The notes beneath the pieces were generated by a model. It saw only the letters and a list, made by a program, of their open reading frames with translations, had not been told where the DNA came from and made no database searches. This document shows, in pieces, positions 8,083 to 18,898 of a stretch of 32,000 bases of DNA. The position numbers and the translations under genes are program-made. Position 1 is the first letter of the stretch. Every line of letters starts with the position of its first letter. Source of the DNA: Candidatus Saccharimonadota bacterium (lineage in GTDB: Bacteria > Patescibacteriota > Microgenomatia > UBA1406 > GWC2-37-13); the NCBI GenBank assembly GCA_001790095.1, contig MGBH01000001.1, positions 540,001 through 572,000 on the forward strand, given 5' to 3'.

Positions 8083-8123
8083 CTTATTAATCCGTTAACC
8101 CGTTAATTCATTAATTGAATAAT
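8083..8123. repeat. 8-nt-periodic (N)CGTTAA / TTAAT array in the hisS-prfA spacer
   Basis: Reads ttattaat ccgttaac ccgttaat tcattaat tgaataat. It contains the 15-mer gttaacccgttaatt (8094-8108), which recurs at 11143-11157. Confidence 0.55.
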
Positions 8124-8819
8124 ATGCTCATAAATCCAAACATTGCAATTATTGAGAGCCTTCCCGGAGTCGGGGGAGATGAGTCAAAGATCTGGATGAA
8201 CGATCTACTTATGTCCTACATTAAATACTCCCAAAGACATGGACTAAAAGCCATACCGCTTGATGAAAATATTCTGAAAATATCAGGAGACAATGCCTAT
8301 CAACTATTTAAGCACGAAACAGGCGTACATCGCGTACAACGCATTCCCGATACTGAAAGAAAGGGTCGGATACATACCTCAACTGCAACAATCGTCGTAC
8401 TCCCTCAGATCATCAAATCAGATGTACACATCAATCCATCTGATCTTGAATGGCAGTTTTACCGGTCTGGAGGAAAAGGAGGACAAAATGTAAATAAAGT
8501 CTCAACAGCCGTCAGACTGACCCATAAACCTACAGGTATTATCACAACAGCTAGTCAAGAACGCTACCAAGAAGCAAATCGTAAAATAGCGATGGATCTA
8601 CTTATAAGTAAGCTATACCAACTTGAAGAAGAGAAAAAAAGAGGAATAATGCAGTCATTTGTGAGAAATATCGGAACAGGAGAACGTTCAGACAAGGTAA
8701 GAACTTATAACTTTCCCCAGAACAGGCTGACCGACCACCGCATAAACAAAAGTTTCCACAACCTCGAAGACATCATCTCTCAAGGAAAATGGGATAAGGT
8801 GTTTGAAGCACAAAAATGA
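8124..8819 (+). CDS. prfA: Peptide chain release factor 1 lacking N-terminal domain 1 (about 231 aa)
   Basis: - RF1-type codon-recognition region: [28 protein letters not shown] (PxT tripeptide).
- GGQ motif: [25 protein letters not shown].
- Conserved [15 protein letters not shown].
- The N-terminus ([15 protein letters not shown]) aligns to the start of domain 2 of E. coli RF1.
- The first ATG is at 8124; the ORF track uses TTG 8115.
- hisS ends at 8079, leaving no room for domain 1. Confidence 0.85.
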   Translation: MLINPNIAIIESLPGVGGDESKIWMNDLLMSYIKYSQRHGLKAIPLDENILKISGDNAYQLFKHETGVHRVQRIPDTERKGRIHTSTATIVVLPQIIKSDVHINPSDLEWQFYRSGGKGGQNVNKVSTAVRLTHKPTGIITTASQERYQEANRKIAMDLLISKLYQLEEEKKRGIMQSFVRNIGTGERSDKVRTYNFPQNRLTDHRINKSFHNLEDIISQGKWDKVFEAQK

Positions 8820-10045
8820 ATAAAAGATCTTCGCTGTTTATTCCTTTTTCCTATAGGGACTTCCGTCTCGCATGGATAGGGTTTTTCATCTCTCAGATTG
8901 GTACTGAGATGATTCTTATTGCGATAAACTGGCAAATCTACGTCATTACAAAATCTCCTCTTTCTCTGGGTATTATAGGTATGGCTCGTTTTTTACCAGT
9001 ATTAATGTTTGCTCTTTTTGCTGGACTTTTTGCTGACCTGGTGAATCGTAAGAAACTTATATTTGTATCTCAGCTCGTATTGATTATAAGCACTTCATAT
9101 CTTGCTTTTTTAACCTTTACTCACCATATAAATCCCTTACTTATCTATCTTTTGGTGGCTATAAACTCAACCGCTTATACATTTACATCTCCTGCCCGTC
9201 AAGCTCTTTTGCCTCATTTAGTACCGCGTAAACATTTTATGCAAGCGGTAAGTCTTAACTCTCTTATGTGGCAGTTGTCAGTCATAATCGGACCCATGAT
9301 TGGAGGATTTATCATTGGCTATTTAGGTATTCCGCTTGTATATACTATTGGAGTCTTTGCCTTCATGTCAGTAAATATAACCATGCTTTTATTAAAACCT
9401 ATTCCTGTTAACACCAACAACACTACGTTTGGTCTTAAGAGTGTGAGAGAAGGTCTTGGGTTTGTCAAAAGATCTCCCCTTATATGGAGTACTATGCTGC
9501 TTGATTTTTTTGCCACTTTTTTTGCCTCATCCATGACTCTTATGCCAATCTTTGCAAAAGATATATTAAATGTGGGACCACAGGGACTAGGCATATTATA
9601 TGCAGCTCCATCTGTTGGAGCCGTCGTTGCGGGGTGTGTATTTTCGTTATTTCATAATGTACAAAGACAGGGGAAGATCCTACTTGTCTCAGTTTTTATA
9701 TACGGCGTAGTGACAATCTTTTTTGGCTTTTCTCGATTGTTTCCTTTTTCTCTTGTGTGTTTAACAATCGCTGGAGCTTGCGATATGATAAGTAGCGTCA
9801 TCCGCAACACCATGAGACAACTTATCACCCCTGATCATCTCCGAGGCAGGATGACCTCAGTCAATATGATTTTTTATCTTGGCGGGCCTCAGCTCGGCGA
9901 GGTTGAGGCTGGTGTAGCTGCCACCCTTTTTGGTACTCCAATGTCTGTCGTACTGGGCGGAATCGGAACTATGGTCATAACAACGATCATGGCATATGTG
10001 GTTCCAACACTTCGTCGTTATGACAATCACAAAGAAATCGCTTGA
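8816..10045 (+). CDS. MFS transporter (EntS / MFS_3-like)
   Basis: 409-aa polytopic [23 protein letters not shown]... is typical of the EntS-like MFS subfamily. The ATGA start/stop overlaps prfA. Confidence 0.8.
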   Translation: MNKRSSLFIPFSYRDFRLAWIGFFISQIGTEMILIAINWQIYVITKSPLSLGIIGMARFLPVLMFALFAGLFADLVNRKKLIFVSQLVLIISTSYLAFLTFTHHINPLLIYLLVAINSTAYTFTSPARQALLPHLVPRKHFMQAVSLNSLMWQLSVIIGPMIGGFIIGYLGIPLVYTIGVFAFMSVNITMLLLKPIPVNTNNTTFGLKSVREGLGFVKRSPLIWSTMLLDFFATFFASSMTLMPIFAKDILNVGPQGLGILYAAPSVGAVVAGCVFSLFHNVQRQGKILLVSVFIYGVVTIFFGFSRLFPFSLVCLTIAGACDMISSVIRNTMRQLITPDHLRGRMTSVNMIFYLGGPQLGEVEAGVAATLFGTPMSVVLGGIGTMVITTIMAYVVPTLRRYDNHKEIA

Positions 10046-10071
10046 AAATTGTACTAGCAATATTTTTACTT

Positions 10072-10082
10072 TGTGCTATAAT
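10072..10082 (+). promoter_or_regulatory. Extended -10 (TGTGcTATAAT) upstream of rpmE
   Basis: Same 11-mer as the one upstream of hisS. It lies 18 nt before ATG 10101. Confidence 0.45.
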
Positions 10083-10100
10083 CAAGTTTTACCTAAAACA

Positions 10101-10400
10101 ATGAAAGCAAAAATCCATCCACAATTTTTTGAAGAAGTACAGGTCGTATGTGCCTGTGGCAATAAATTTATGACTGGTTCAACCGTTAACTCCATTACGG
10201 TTGAAGTGTGCAACAAATGCCACCCTCTTTATACCGGAGAACATCGTTTTGTTGATACAAAAGGAAAAGTTGAAAAGTTCCAAAAGAAACAAAAGCTAGC
10301 CGCAGAAATGCAAAAAAAGCTTTCTTCATCTAAAGTGAAGAAAGAGGAAAAAGCAGAAAAGAAGACTAAGTCGCTGCGTGAATTGCTTCAGGAGTCATAA
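10101..10400 (+). CDS. rpmE: 50S ribosomal protein L31 (Zn-ribbon type A) with Lys-rich C-terminal extension
   Basis: From ATG 10101: MKAKIHPQFFEEVQVVCACGNKF...VCNKCHPLYTG, with a CxC...CxxC zinc motif. The ORF-track start at 9996 overlaps the MFS gene and is not credible. Confidence 0.88.
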   Translation: MKAKIHPQFFEEVQVVCACGNKFMTGSTVNSITVEVCNKCHPLYTGEHRFVDTKGKVEKFQKKQKLAAEMQKKLSSSKVKKEEKAEKKTKSLRELLQES

Positions 10401-10406
10401 ATTCGC

Positions 10407-10435
10407 TTGTACTTATCTTTGCTTTCTGATACAAT
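10407..10435 (+). promoter_or_regulatory. Sigma-70-like promoter of the rplJ-rplL operon
   Basis: TTGTAC, a 17-nt spacer, then TACAAT. Confidence 0.5.
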
Positions 10436-10441
10436 TTACAC

Positions 10442-10549
10442 ATCACCAAGACTTTGGGCTTGTCCCTCGCAGCTTTAGCGAAGGGGGATTGTAAGAATTA
10501 TCAATTCCCAAAATAGACCTTCCGAATCGGAGGGGAAAGTGAAAAAAAT
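10442..10549 (+). promoter_or_regulatory. Structured 5' leader of rplJ (possible L10-leader-type autoregulatory element)
   Basis: Two GC-rich hairpins stand out in an AT-rich context. The first is 10463-10486 (tccctcgc...gcgaagggg). The second is 10518-10534 (ccttccg aat cggaggg), which contains the only GGAGG in the leader. Confidence 0.4.
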
Positions 10550-11095
10550 ATGCTATCTACTGATAAAAAAAACCAACTTGATAAAGTAACTAATTTCTTA
10601 AAAAAAACTCCAAGCTTTAGCCTCCTTAAGTTTGAAAAAACCACTCATGGTGCGCTTGAGACTCTCCGCAAACAACTAAAAAAAAGCGATGCAAAATTAA
10701 TGGTGGTTAAAAACACTATTTTACAAAAGGCAATCAACAAACTTGCCAGTTCAAAAGATACTTCGTACCTTAAGGAAGTGCAGAAAAAAACTAAAACACT
10801 GCGTGAGAACACCGCGGTCTTGGGATTTGGTCAGGACTGGAGTGCTGGCATGAATGTGTTTTATTCTTTTCTAAAGGCTGACAAAACAGTCGGATTTAAG
10901 GTTGGTTGTCTTGATAAAAAAATGTATGAAGAAACCGATCTCATCCGTATCGCACAACTACCTGGAAGAGGCGAGCTTATAGGTAAGATGCTTGGTGGTA
11001 TGCAAAGCCCAACCACACACTTTATTCATGCCTTGAAATTCAACATGCAGAAACTGGTATATGTATTGAATGCAAAAGCAAAACAAACGAATTGA
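10550..11095 (+). CDS. rplJ: 50S ribosomal protein L10
   Basis: 181-aa ORF. The N-terminal pattern ...LRKQLKKSDAKLMVVKNTILQKAI matches the L10 consensus (..ELR..LR..G..L.V.KNTL...A.). It sits directly upstream of rplL. Confidence 0.85.
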   Translation: MLSTDKKNQLDKVTNFLKKTPSFSLLKFEKTTHGALETLRKQLKKSDAKLMVVKNTILQKAINKLASSKDTSYLKEVQKKTKTLRENTAVLGFGQDWSAGMNVFYSFLKADKTVGFKVGCLDKKMYEETDLIRIAQLPGRGELIGKMLGGMQSPTTHFIHALKFNMQKLVYVLNAKAKQTN

Positions 11096-11096
11096 G

Positions 11097-11178
11097 TAAT
11101 TAACGTATTAACGTATTAACGGATTAGATAATTCGTTAATTTGTTAACCCGTTAATTGGGTAATTAGTAATTCTATAT
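11097..11178. repeat. 8-nt-periodic TTAACG / CGTTAA array (imperfect inverted repeat) in the rplJ-rplL spacer
   Basis: attaacgt attaacgt attaacgg, then attagata, then attcgtta atttgtta acccgtta attgggta attagtaa. The left and right halves are partly complementary. Confidence 0.55.
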
Positions 11179-11199
11179 CTTAAGGAGGTGACGTATATA

Positions 11200-11592
11200 A
11201 TGGCAGAAATAAAACTATCAGAAAAACTAGAAAAAATCGCAAAAGAACTTGAAGGATTAACCGTCATTGAGATGGCGGATTTAGCAAAGTACTTAGAGGA
11301 AAAGTTCGGCGTTTCAGCTATGCCCGTTGCAGCAGTAGCCGCACCAGCAGGCGCAGCGGCCTCACCACAAGAGGAAAAAACGACTTTTACCGTCACACTT
11401 ACTGATGCTGGAGCAAATAAACTTGCAGTTATCAAAGCAGTTCGTGAAGTACTACCAACTTTAGGCCTTATGGATGCTAAGAAACTCGTCGAGGGAGCTC
11501 CAAAAGAGTTACTTAAAGACGCAAAGAAAGACGACGCACAATCAGCAAAAACTAAGATTGAAGCAGCGGGTGGCAAAGTAGAGCTTAAATAA
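11200..11592 (+). CDS. rplL: 50S ribosomal protein L7/L12
   Basis: - From ATG 11200: [38 protein letters not shown].
- An Ala-rich hinge follows.
- The C-terminal domain reads [26 protein letters not shown]...AGGKVELK.
- A strong SD, AAGGAGGTG, lies 9 nt upstream. Confidence 0.93.
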   Translation: MAEIKLSEKLEKIAKELEGLTVIEMADLAKYLEEKFGVSAMPVAAVAAPAGAAASPQEEKTTFTVTLTDAGANKLAVIKAVREVLPTLGLMDAKKLVEGAPKELLKDAKKDDAQSAKTKIEAAGGKVELK

Positions 11593-11607
11593 GAAATCAA
11601 TAAAAAG

Positions 11608-11636
11608 AAACCCCTCCGATTTGGAGGGGTTTTTTG
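11608..11636 (+). terminator. Rho-independent terminator after rplL
   Basis: aaaCCCCTCCgatttGGAGGGGtttttt: a 7-bp GC stem, a 5-nt loop and a T6 tract. Confidence 0.85.
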
Positions 11637-11680
11637 TAGGGTTGATGTAGTAATACACCTTTACTAAGTGCTGCATATTC

Positions 11681-13625
<1,945 letters not shown>

Positions 13626-13649
13626 TGACGTTACTAATTAATTAATATT

Positions 13650-14162
13650 ATGAATCTATCAAAACTGACTCAAGGAAAAAACCCGCCTAGTGAAATCAAT
13701 GTATTGGTTGAAATACCACAGGGAAGTCCTATTAAATATGAAGTAGATAAAGAATCAGGCTACGTCATAGTTGACCGTTTCGCATTTACGACCATGGTAT
13801 ACCCATTTAACTATGGTTTTATACCCTCAACTCATGCTGAAGACGGAGATCCTGTTGATGTTTTGGTTATTTCAACCTACCCCGTACATCCTGGCACCGT
13901 TATACCAGCGCGCCCCATAGGTATGCTTGAGATGGAGGATGAGGCAGGGATCGACACAAAAATACTGGCAGTTCCAACAAAAAAAGTTGATCCTTTTTAT
14001 GCTGACATTGAGGATATTGACGACTTAAATGAAACAGCAAAGAAAAAAATTCAGCATTTTTTTAATCATTATAAAGAACTTGAACCAGGCAAATGGGTAA
14101 AAACTAAGAATTTTTTATCTAAAGAAAAAGCGCTTGAAGCAATAAAAAATGGAATGAAATAA
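13650..14162 (+). CDS. ppa: Inorganic pyrophosphatase (family I)
   Basis: 170-aa [30 protein letters not shown]...DGDPVDVLV and KILAVP match soluble family I PPase. Confidence 0.9.
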   Translation: MNLSKLTQGKNPPSEINVLVEIPQGSPIKYEVDKESGYVIVDRFAFTTMVYPFNYGFIPSTHAEDGDPVDVLVISTYPVHPGTVIPARPIGMLEMEDEAGIDTKILAVPTKKVDPFYADIEDIDDLNETAKKKIQHFFNHYKELEPGKWVKTKNFLSKEKALEAIKNGMK

Positions 14163-14166
14163 ACCT

Positions 14167-16743
14167 ATGACAGATACTAGCAAACCAACACCTATTGATC
14201 CAAAAAATGTCACAACTGAGATAACTACTGAGATGAAACGCGCATATCTTGATTATGCGATGTCTGTCATCGTTTCACGTGCCCTTCCTGATGTCAAGGA
14301 TGGTTTAAAACCTGTTCATCGAAGAGTGCTTTACGCTATGCACAAAATGGGTCTTTCATCTGGTGCTCGTTTCTCAAAATCTGCAAAAGTAGTAGGTGAG
14401 GTGTTGGGTAAATATCATCCACACGGCGATTCATCGGTATATGAGGCAATGGCCCGTATGGCACAAGACTTTACCATGCGATACCCTCTGGTTAAAGGTC
14501 AGGGAAATTTTGGTTCAGTCGATGGTGATCCTCCAGCAGCTATGCGTTATACTGAAGTAAAATTAGCCAAAATTGCGGATGAATTGCTTTTTGATATCGA
14601 CAAAGAGACTGTTTCGTGGACCGACAATTTTGATGCAACTCTCAAAGAACCGCTTTACTTGCCGGGCAAACTACCCAATCTTCTTCTTATGGGAGCAGAG
14701 GGAATTGCGGTTGGTATGGCCACTAAAATTCCTCCCCATAATCTGAATGAACTTATCGATGCGATTTGTTTCATGATTGACAAGGCAAAAATAGATACTA
14801 ATAATAATGACAAATCCAATAAAGATACTGATAAACAAACCCCTTCAATAAAAAAACGCCTTATATTTAATGTTACGATAGATGAATTGTTTGAGTATAT
14901 CAAGGGCCCTGATTTTCCAACAGAAGGAATCATATATGGAGCTGCCGATATAAAACAAGCTTATGTGACTGGAAAAGGAAAGGTGCTGATACGGGCTAAG
15001 ATCGAGGAAGAAGATATGGGAAAAGGCAAGATGGCAATGATTGTACGCCAACTTCCTTATCAAGTAAATAAGGCTAATCTTGTTGAAAAAATTGCTCGGC
15101 TCGTCACCGATAAAAAGATTGTAGGCATTTCTGATCTACGAGATGAATCTGACCGTGACGGTATTAGGGTGGTTATCGAACTAAAACGTGATGCATCTTA
15201 TAAAAAAGTGTTAAACAACCTTTTTAAATTTACCGAGCTTCAGACTTCATTTCCTGTAAACATGGTTGCTCTTGTTGATGGCATCCCTCAAACTCTGTCA
15301 CTCAAAACTATCCTTGAACTGTATTTAAAACATCGTGTCAACATGGTCACGAGACGCTCTGAGTTTGAACTTAGAGAAGCAAAAAAACGCGCCCACATCC
15401 TGGAGGGATACCTTATAGCGCTTGATCATATAGATGAAGTCATCGCAGTCATTAAAAAATCTAAAGATGAGACCGAGGCAAAGCTGAAGCTTATGAAAAA
15501 ATTTGGTCTCAGTGAAGCACAGACTCTAGCCATTCTTGAGATGCAACTTCGTCGCCTCACCGGTCTTGAAAGATCAAAGATCCAAGATGAACTTAAAATG
15601 TTAAGAGAAACTATCGCATATCTTGAGTCGCTTCTTAAGGATATTTTCAAAGTTTTGAAAGTCATAAAAGATGAGCTTCTTTATCTAAAAGAGAAATATG
15701 GCGATGAACGAAAAACAAAGGTTATCAAGTCGCGCCCTGGTGAGATTACTGATGAACAACTTATTGAAAACAAAGAAGTAATCGTCGTCCTTACCAAAGA
15801 AGGATATATCAAACAAGTTCCTCGTGAGACATTCCGCGTCCAAAATAGAGGAGGAAAAGGAGTCTCAGGTATTGAGACAAAGGAAACTGACAATGTCTAC
15901 CATATCACAACCGCCATGACTCATGATTTTATTCTGTTTTTTACCAACCAAGGACGTATTTTCCAAAACAGAGTTTGGGATATTCCACAAGGATCCCGCA
16001 TCTCAAAAGGGAAGGCAATCATCAATCTCCTTACTCTACGACCTGAGGAAAAAGTTACCTCTCTTTTGACGTATCAATCGCCAAGCGATGCGCCACAAGC
16101 TGCCATCATCCAAGGAAAAACAACGGCTATCACAAAGAGCTTCATATTTATGGTCACCAAACACGGAACAGTAAAAAAGACACAGTTCCAAGATTTTGCA
16201 AACATTCGCAACAACGGCATTATCGCTATCAAACTTGAGCCAACCGATGAACTCTTGTGGGTAAAAATCACTGATGGCAATATGAACATCCTCCTGACTA
16301 CTAAACACGGAAAAGCCATTATATTCAAGGAAGGTGAAGTAAGACCAACGGGGAGGGCATCCATTGGAGTAAAGGGAATTGAACTCGAAAAAGAAGATGA
16401 GATTACCTCAGCTGATGTATTTGCAAATTCCGAATTCAAGAAAAACATATTTGTAATTGGAAAAAAAGGTGTTGGCAAGAAAACAAACCTATCCCTTTTC
16501 AAAGGCCAACATAGAGGCGGCAAAGGAGTAAAGGTAGCATCAGTTGATGAAAAGATCGGACAGATCGTCTTTGTTCAAATCATAAATCCCGAAGACACAA
16601 CGGTTATTATCACCAGTATGCAGGGACAGGTTGTAAAGATTCCTCTTGGTTCCATCCCTCCACGTTCACGCTCAGCCAAAGGGGTCATTCTTATGCGATT
16701 CTCCCAAAAGGGGGATGAGGTTGTAAGCGCAACTTTAGTTTGA
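14167..16743 (+). CDS. gyrA: DNA gyrase subunit A
   Basis: 858-aa ORF with [30 protein letters not shown], the [19 protein letters not shown], the active-site region AAMRYTE, and C-terminal beta-pinwheel repeats. Confidence 0.95.
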   Translation: MTDTSKPTPIDPKNVTTEITTEMKRAYLDYAMSVIVSRALPDVKDGLKPVHRRVLYAMHKMGLSSGARFSKSAKVVGEVLGKYHPHGDSSVYEAMARMAQDFTMRYPLVKGQGNFGSVDGDPPAAMRYTEVKLAKIADELLFDIDKETVSWTDNFDATLKEPLYLPGKLPNLLLMGAEGIAVGMATKIPPHNLNELIDAICFMIDKAKIDTNNNDKSNKDTDKQTPSIKKRLIFNVTIDELFEYIKGPDFPTEGIIYGAADIKQAYVTGKGKVLIRAKIEEEDMGKGKMAMIVRQLPYQVNKANLVEKIARLVTDKKIVGISDLRDESDRDGIRVVIELKRDASYKKVLNNLFKFTELQTSFPVNMVALVDGIPQTLSLKTILELYLKHRVNMVTRRSEFELREAKKRAHILEGYLIALDHIDEVIAVIKKSKDETEAKLKLMKKFGLSEAQTLAILEMQLRRLTGLERSKIQDELKMLRETIAYLESLLKDIFKVLKVIKDELLYLKEKYGDERKTKVIKSRPGEITDEQLIENKEVIVVLTKEGYIKQVPRETFRVQNRGGKGVSGIETKETDNVYHITTAMTHDFILFFTNQGRIFQNRVWDIPQGSRISKGKAIINLLTLRPEEKVTSLLTYQSPSDAPQAAIIQGKTTAITKSFIFMVTKHGTVKKTQFQDFANIRNNGIIAIKLEPTDELLWVKITDGNMNILLTTKHGKAIIFKEGEVRPTGRASIGVKGIELEKEDEITSADVFANSEFKKNIFVIGKKGVGKKTNLSLFKGQHRGGKGVKVASVDEKIGQIVFVQIINPEDTTVIITSMQGQVVKIPLGSIPPRSRSAKGVILMRFSQKGDEVVSATLV

Positions 16744-16785
16744 TATAATAAGACAAACAAATAGTCCATAGGGTTCAAAATACTT

Positions 16786-17652
16786 ATGATTATTCCTTGC
16801 AAACAAATAGCCGAGGAACTTGAAAAAGTACTTAAAAAAGAAGTATCAATTTTAAAAAAGAAGAAAAAAACCATCAAGCTGGTTATTTTTTTAGTTGGGT
16901 CGTCTCCTGAACAGCTTTCATTTGTCAAGATAAAACAACGCATTGCCCAAAGAATTGGAGTCAAGTTTGAATTCATCAATATCAAGACCACTCCTCCTTT
17001 TGAAAAATTTGTGCGCCTAATCAAGGAAACTTCCCATGATCCAAGCACAACTGGCATCATCATACAGCAACCCCTTCCAGCCCAGCTTTCAACCGACAGT
17101 ATCTATGATTTTATCGAGATTAAAAAAGAGATCGAGGGCCATCGAAGAAAGACCGAGTTTTTTTCACCTCTTGGACTTGCGGTCCTTACTCTTTTTAAAT
17201 ACCTTTATGTCCACCCAAAAGCTGATAAGAAACTTTTTGTTGATATGAAGACTGACATAGGATCACTTAAAAAAGCATTAAAACATAAAAAGATCGTCAT
17301 CATAGGAAGAGGCATTACGGGCGGAAGACCTATCGGCAAGACACTAACCGATGCCAAGATAAACTTTGTCTCAACCAACAGTCAGACTATCAAGCCTGAG
17401 GAATACTACAGGGAAGCAGATGTCATCCTTACTGCAGCCGGTAAAAAAGTCATCACCCCAGATATCATCAAACAAGGAGCCATTCTCATCAATGTTGGAG
17501 TCCGAAAAGAAAAAGGACTCTTAAGGGGCGACTATGATGAAAAAGAAGTTAAAGATGTTGCTTCTTTTTACACAGCCACGCCAGGAGGGATTGGACCTCT
17601 TGATGTATTGTATCTCTACAAAAATCTCATAGATGCTGCTAAAATGAAATGA
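16786..17652 (+). CDS. folD: Bifunctional methylenetetrahydrofolate dehydrogenase / methenyl-THF cyclohydrolase
   Basis: 288-aa ORF. LVIFLVGSSPEQLSFVKIKQR..., GIIIQQPLP, VIIGRGITGGRPI and TPGGIGPL follow the FolD layout. Confidence 0.8.
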   Translation: MIIPCKQIAEELEKVLKKEVSILKKKKKTIKLVIFLVGSSPEQLSFVKIKQRIAQRIGVKFEFINIKTTPPFEKFVRLIKETSHDPSTTGIIIQQPLPAQLSTDSIYDFIEIKKEIEGHRRKTEFFSPLGLAVLTLFKYLYVHPKADKKLFVDMKTDIGSLKKALKHKKIVIIGRGITGGRPIGKTLTDAKINFVSTNSQTIKPEEYYREADVILTAAGKKVITPDIIKQGAILINVGVRKEKGLLRGDYDEKEVKDVASFYTATPGGIGPLDVLYLYKNLIDAAKMK

Positions 17653-18578
17653 AGACCATCATTATCACAGGTCAAACTGCTACAGGAAAAACAGATCTCG
17701 CTCTCTCTCAAGCTATTCAAAATAATGGAGAGATCATCAACTTCGATTCAAGACAGGTCTACAAAAAGCTTGATATCATAACCGGCAAAGATATCAACCT
17801 CTCCGCCTTCATCACAGTCAAACAGTTAAATGGATTTGATATTGGGTACTATCTCATAGGACAAACTAAGCTTTGGCTCTATGATATAGTTGATCCAAAA
17901 CAGTATTTTTCATCATTTGACTTTACAGCTTGTGCTAGGGAAGTTATTGAGATCATCCGTCTGGCTGGAAAAGTACCGATTTTTGTAGGCGGAACCTATC
18001 TTTATCTCTATCATCTTTTATATACAATCGAGACAGAACATATTTCTCCAGATTTTTCGCTGCGACAAAGATTAGAAGATAAAAATCTTACTTATCTGCA
18101 GAAAAAATTAAAAAAAATTGATCAAGTATTATTTGAGCATTTAAATGAAAGCGACAGAAAAAATCCTCAACGTCTTGTTCGTAAAATTGAACTGGCAAGT
18201 TATTATAAGAAAAAAGGGGTCAGAGTCCCGACAGTTATGAAGTATACCTACAATGATTTTTTCAAATCGGCTGATATTGAGTATAGGGGAATTGTCTTTA
18301 AAGACAAAAACCTTCTCAAAAAAACCATTGCAAACCGTGTTGAAAAGCGTTTAAAACAAGGCGCAATTGAGGAAGTGAAAAGCCTTATTCAAAGCAGATA
18401 TAACGAACAAGATCCCGGCCTTAAGACAATAGGCTATCAGCAAATATTTCAGTTCTTAAAGAATAAGTGTTCAAAAGAAGAGGCTATCCAAGATTGGATA
18501 AACAAGGAGATCCAATATACCAAACGCCAGTTGACATTCATGAAAAAAGATCCTAATATGATTTTAGAATATATTTAA
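17649..18578 (+). CDS. miaA: tRNA dimethylallyltransferase
   Basis: 309-aa ORF with the P-loop ITGQTATGKTDLAL, FDSRQVYKKLDIITGK, and a C-terminal YTKRQLTFMKK (MiaA YAKRQ.TW motif). ATGA overlap with folD. Confidence 0.8.
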   Translation: MKTIIITGQTATGKTDLALSQAIQNNGEIINFDSRQVYKKLDIITGKDINLSAFITVKQLNGFDIGYYLIGQTKLWLYDIVDPKQYFSSFDFTACAREVIEIIRLAGKVPIFVGGTYLYLYHLLYTIETEHISPDFSLRQRLEDKNLTYLQKKLKKIDQVLFEHLNESDRKNPQRLVRKIELASYYKKKGVRVPTVMKYTYNDFFKSADIEYRGIVFKDKNLLKKTIANRVEKRLKQGAIEEVKSLIQSRYNEQDPGLKTIGYQQIFQFLKNKCSKEEAIQDWINKEIQYTKRQLTFMKKDPNMILEYI

Positions 18579-18595
18579 TATTTCATTTATTTTGT

Positions 18596-18880
18596 ATGGG
18601 AGAAGGTGAATTACCTGCCGAATTAGCAGCTGCTTTAAAATCAGGAGATACAGGAACGAGTCTTCCTGATAACCTATTTACTAAAGAATTACCTCCTCAA
18701 CCAAAACCAGAAATAAAAACAGAGCCAAAACCAGAACCAAAGCAAGTAGGAGTATCACTTGCAGATTTATTGAAACAAAAAGTTGGAAAAGGGGGAATTG
18801 GCAGATTGAAAGAAATGGGTACGCCGGAAGACGAAGTAGCACCCCCAGTAATAAAAATTCCTCAAACAACAAAACAATAA
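18596..18880 (+). CDS. Hypothetical Pro/Lys/Glu-rich small protein
   Basis: 94-aa ORF of low complexity (PPQPKPEIKTEPKPEPK). There is no homology or RBS support. Confidence 0.3.
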   Translation: MGEGELPAELAAALKSGDTGTSLPDNLFTKELPPQPKPEIKTEPKPEPKQVGVSLADLLKQKVGKGGIGRLKEMGTPEDEVAPPVIKIPQTTKQ

Positions 18881-18898
18881 AGTCGTACGAATGATAGA

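Noticed and set aside
8083-8123. Short periodic repeats considered as a mini CRISPR array
   Set aside because: The units are 8 nt with no spacers, far below CRISPR repeat/spacer dimensions, and there are no cas genes.
8115-8819. Alternative readings of the short release factor: PrfH, ArfB or RF2, or a sign of a UGA-reassigned genetic code
   Set aside because: The PxT-type recognition loop and RVQRIP..GRIHTS block are RF1-specific, and PrfH and ArfB lack them. TGA terminates several well-supported genes here (DUF2294, prfA, folD, metK, PfkB kinase), so there is no evidence for code 25 or code 4.
9996-10100. Upstream extension of the L31 ORF to 9996
   Set aside because: It overlaps the 3' end of the MFS gene and spans the TGTGCTATAAT promoter element. 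L31 proteins begin MK..IHP, which matches ATG 10101.
11136-11600. 154-aa ORF antisense to rplL (Ala/Ser-rich)
   Set aside because: It overlaps the highly conserved L7/L12 gene completely. Its composition is simply the mirror of the Ala/Glu/Lys-rich sense frame. There is no start context or homology.
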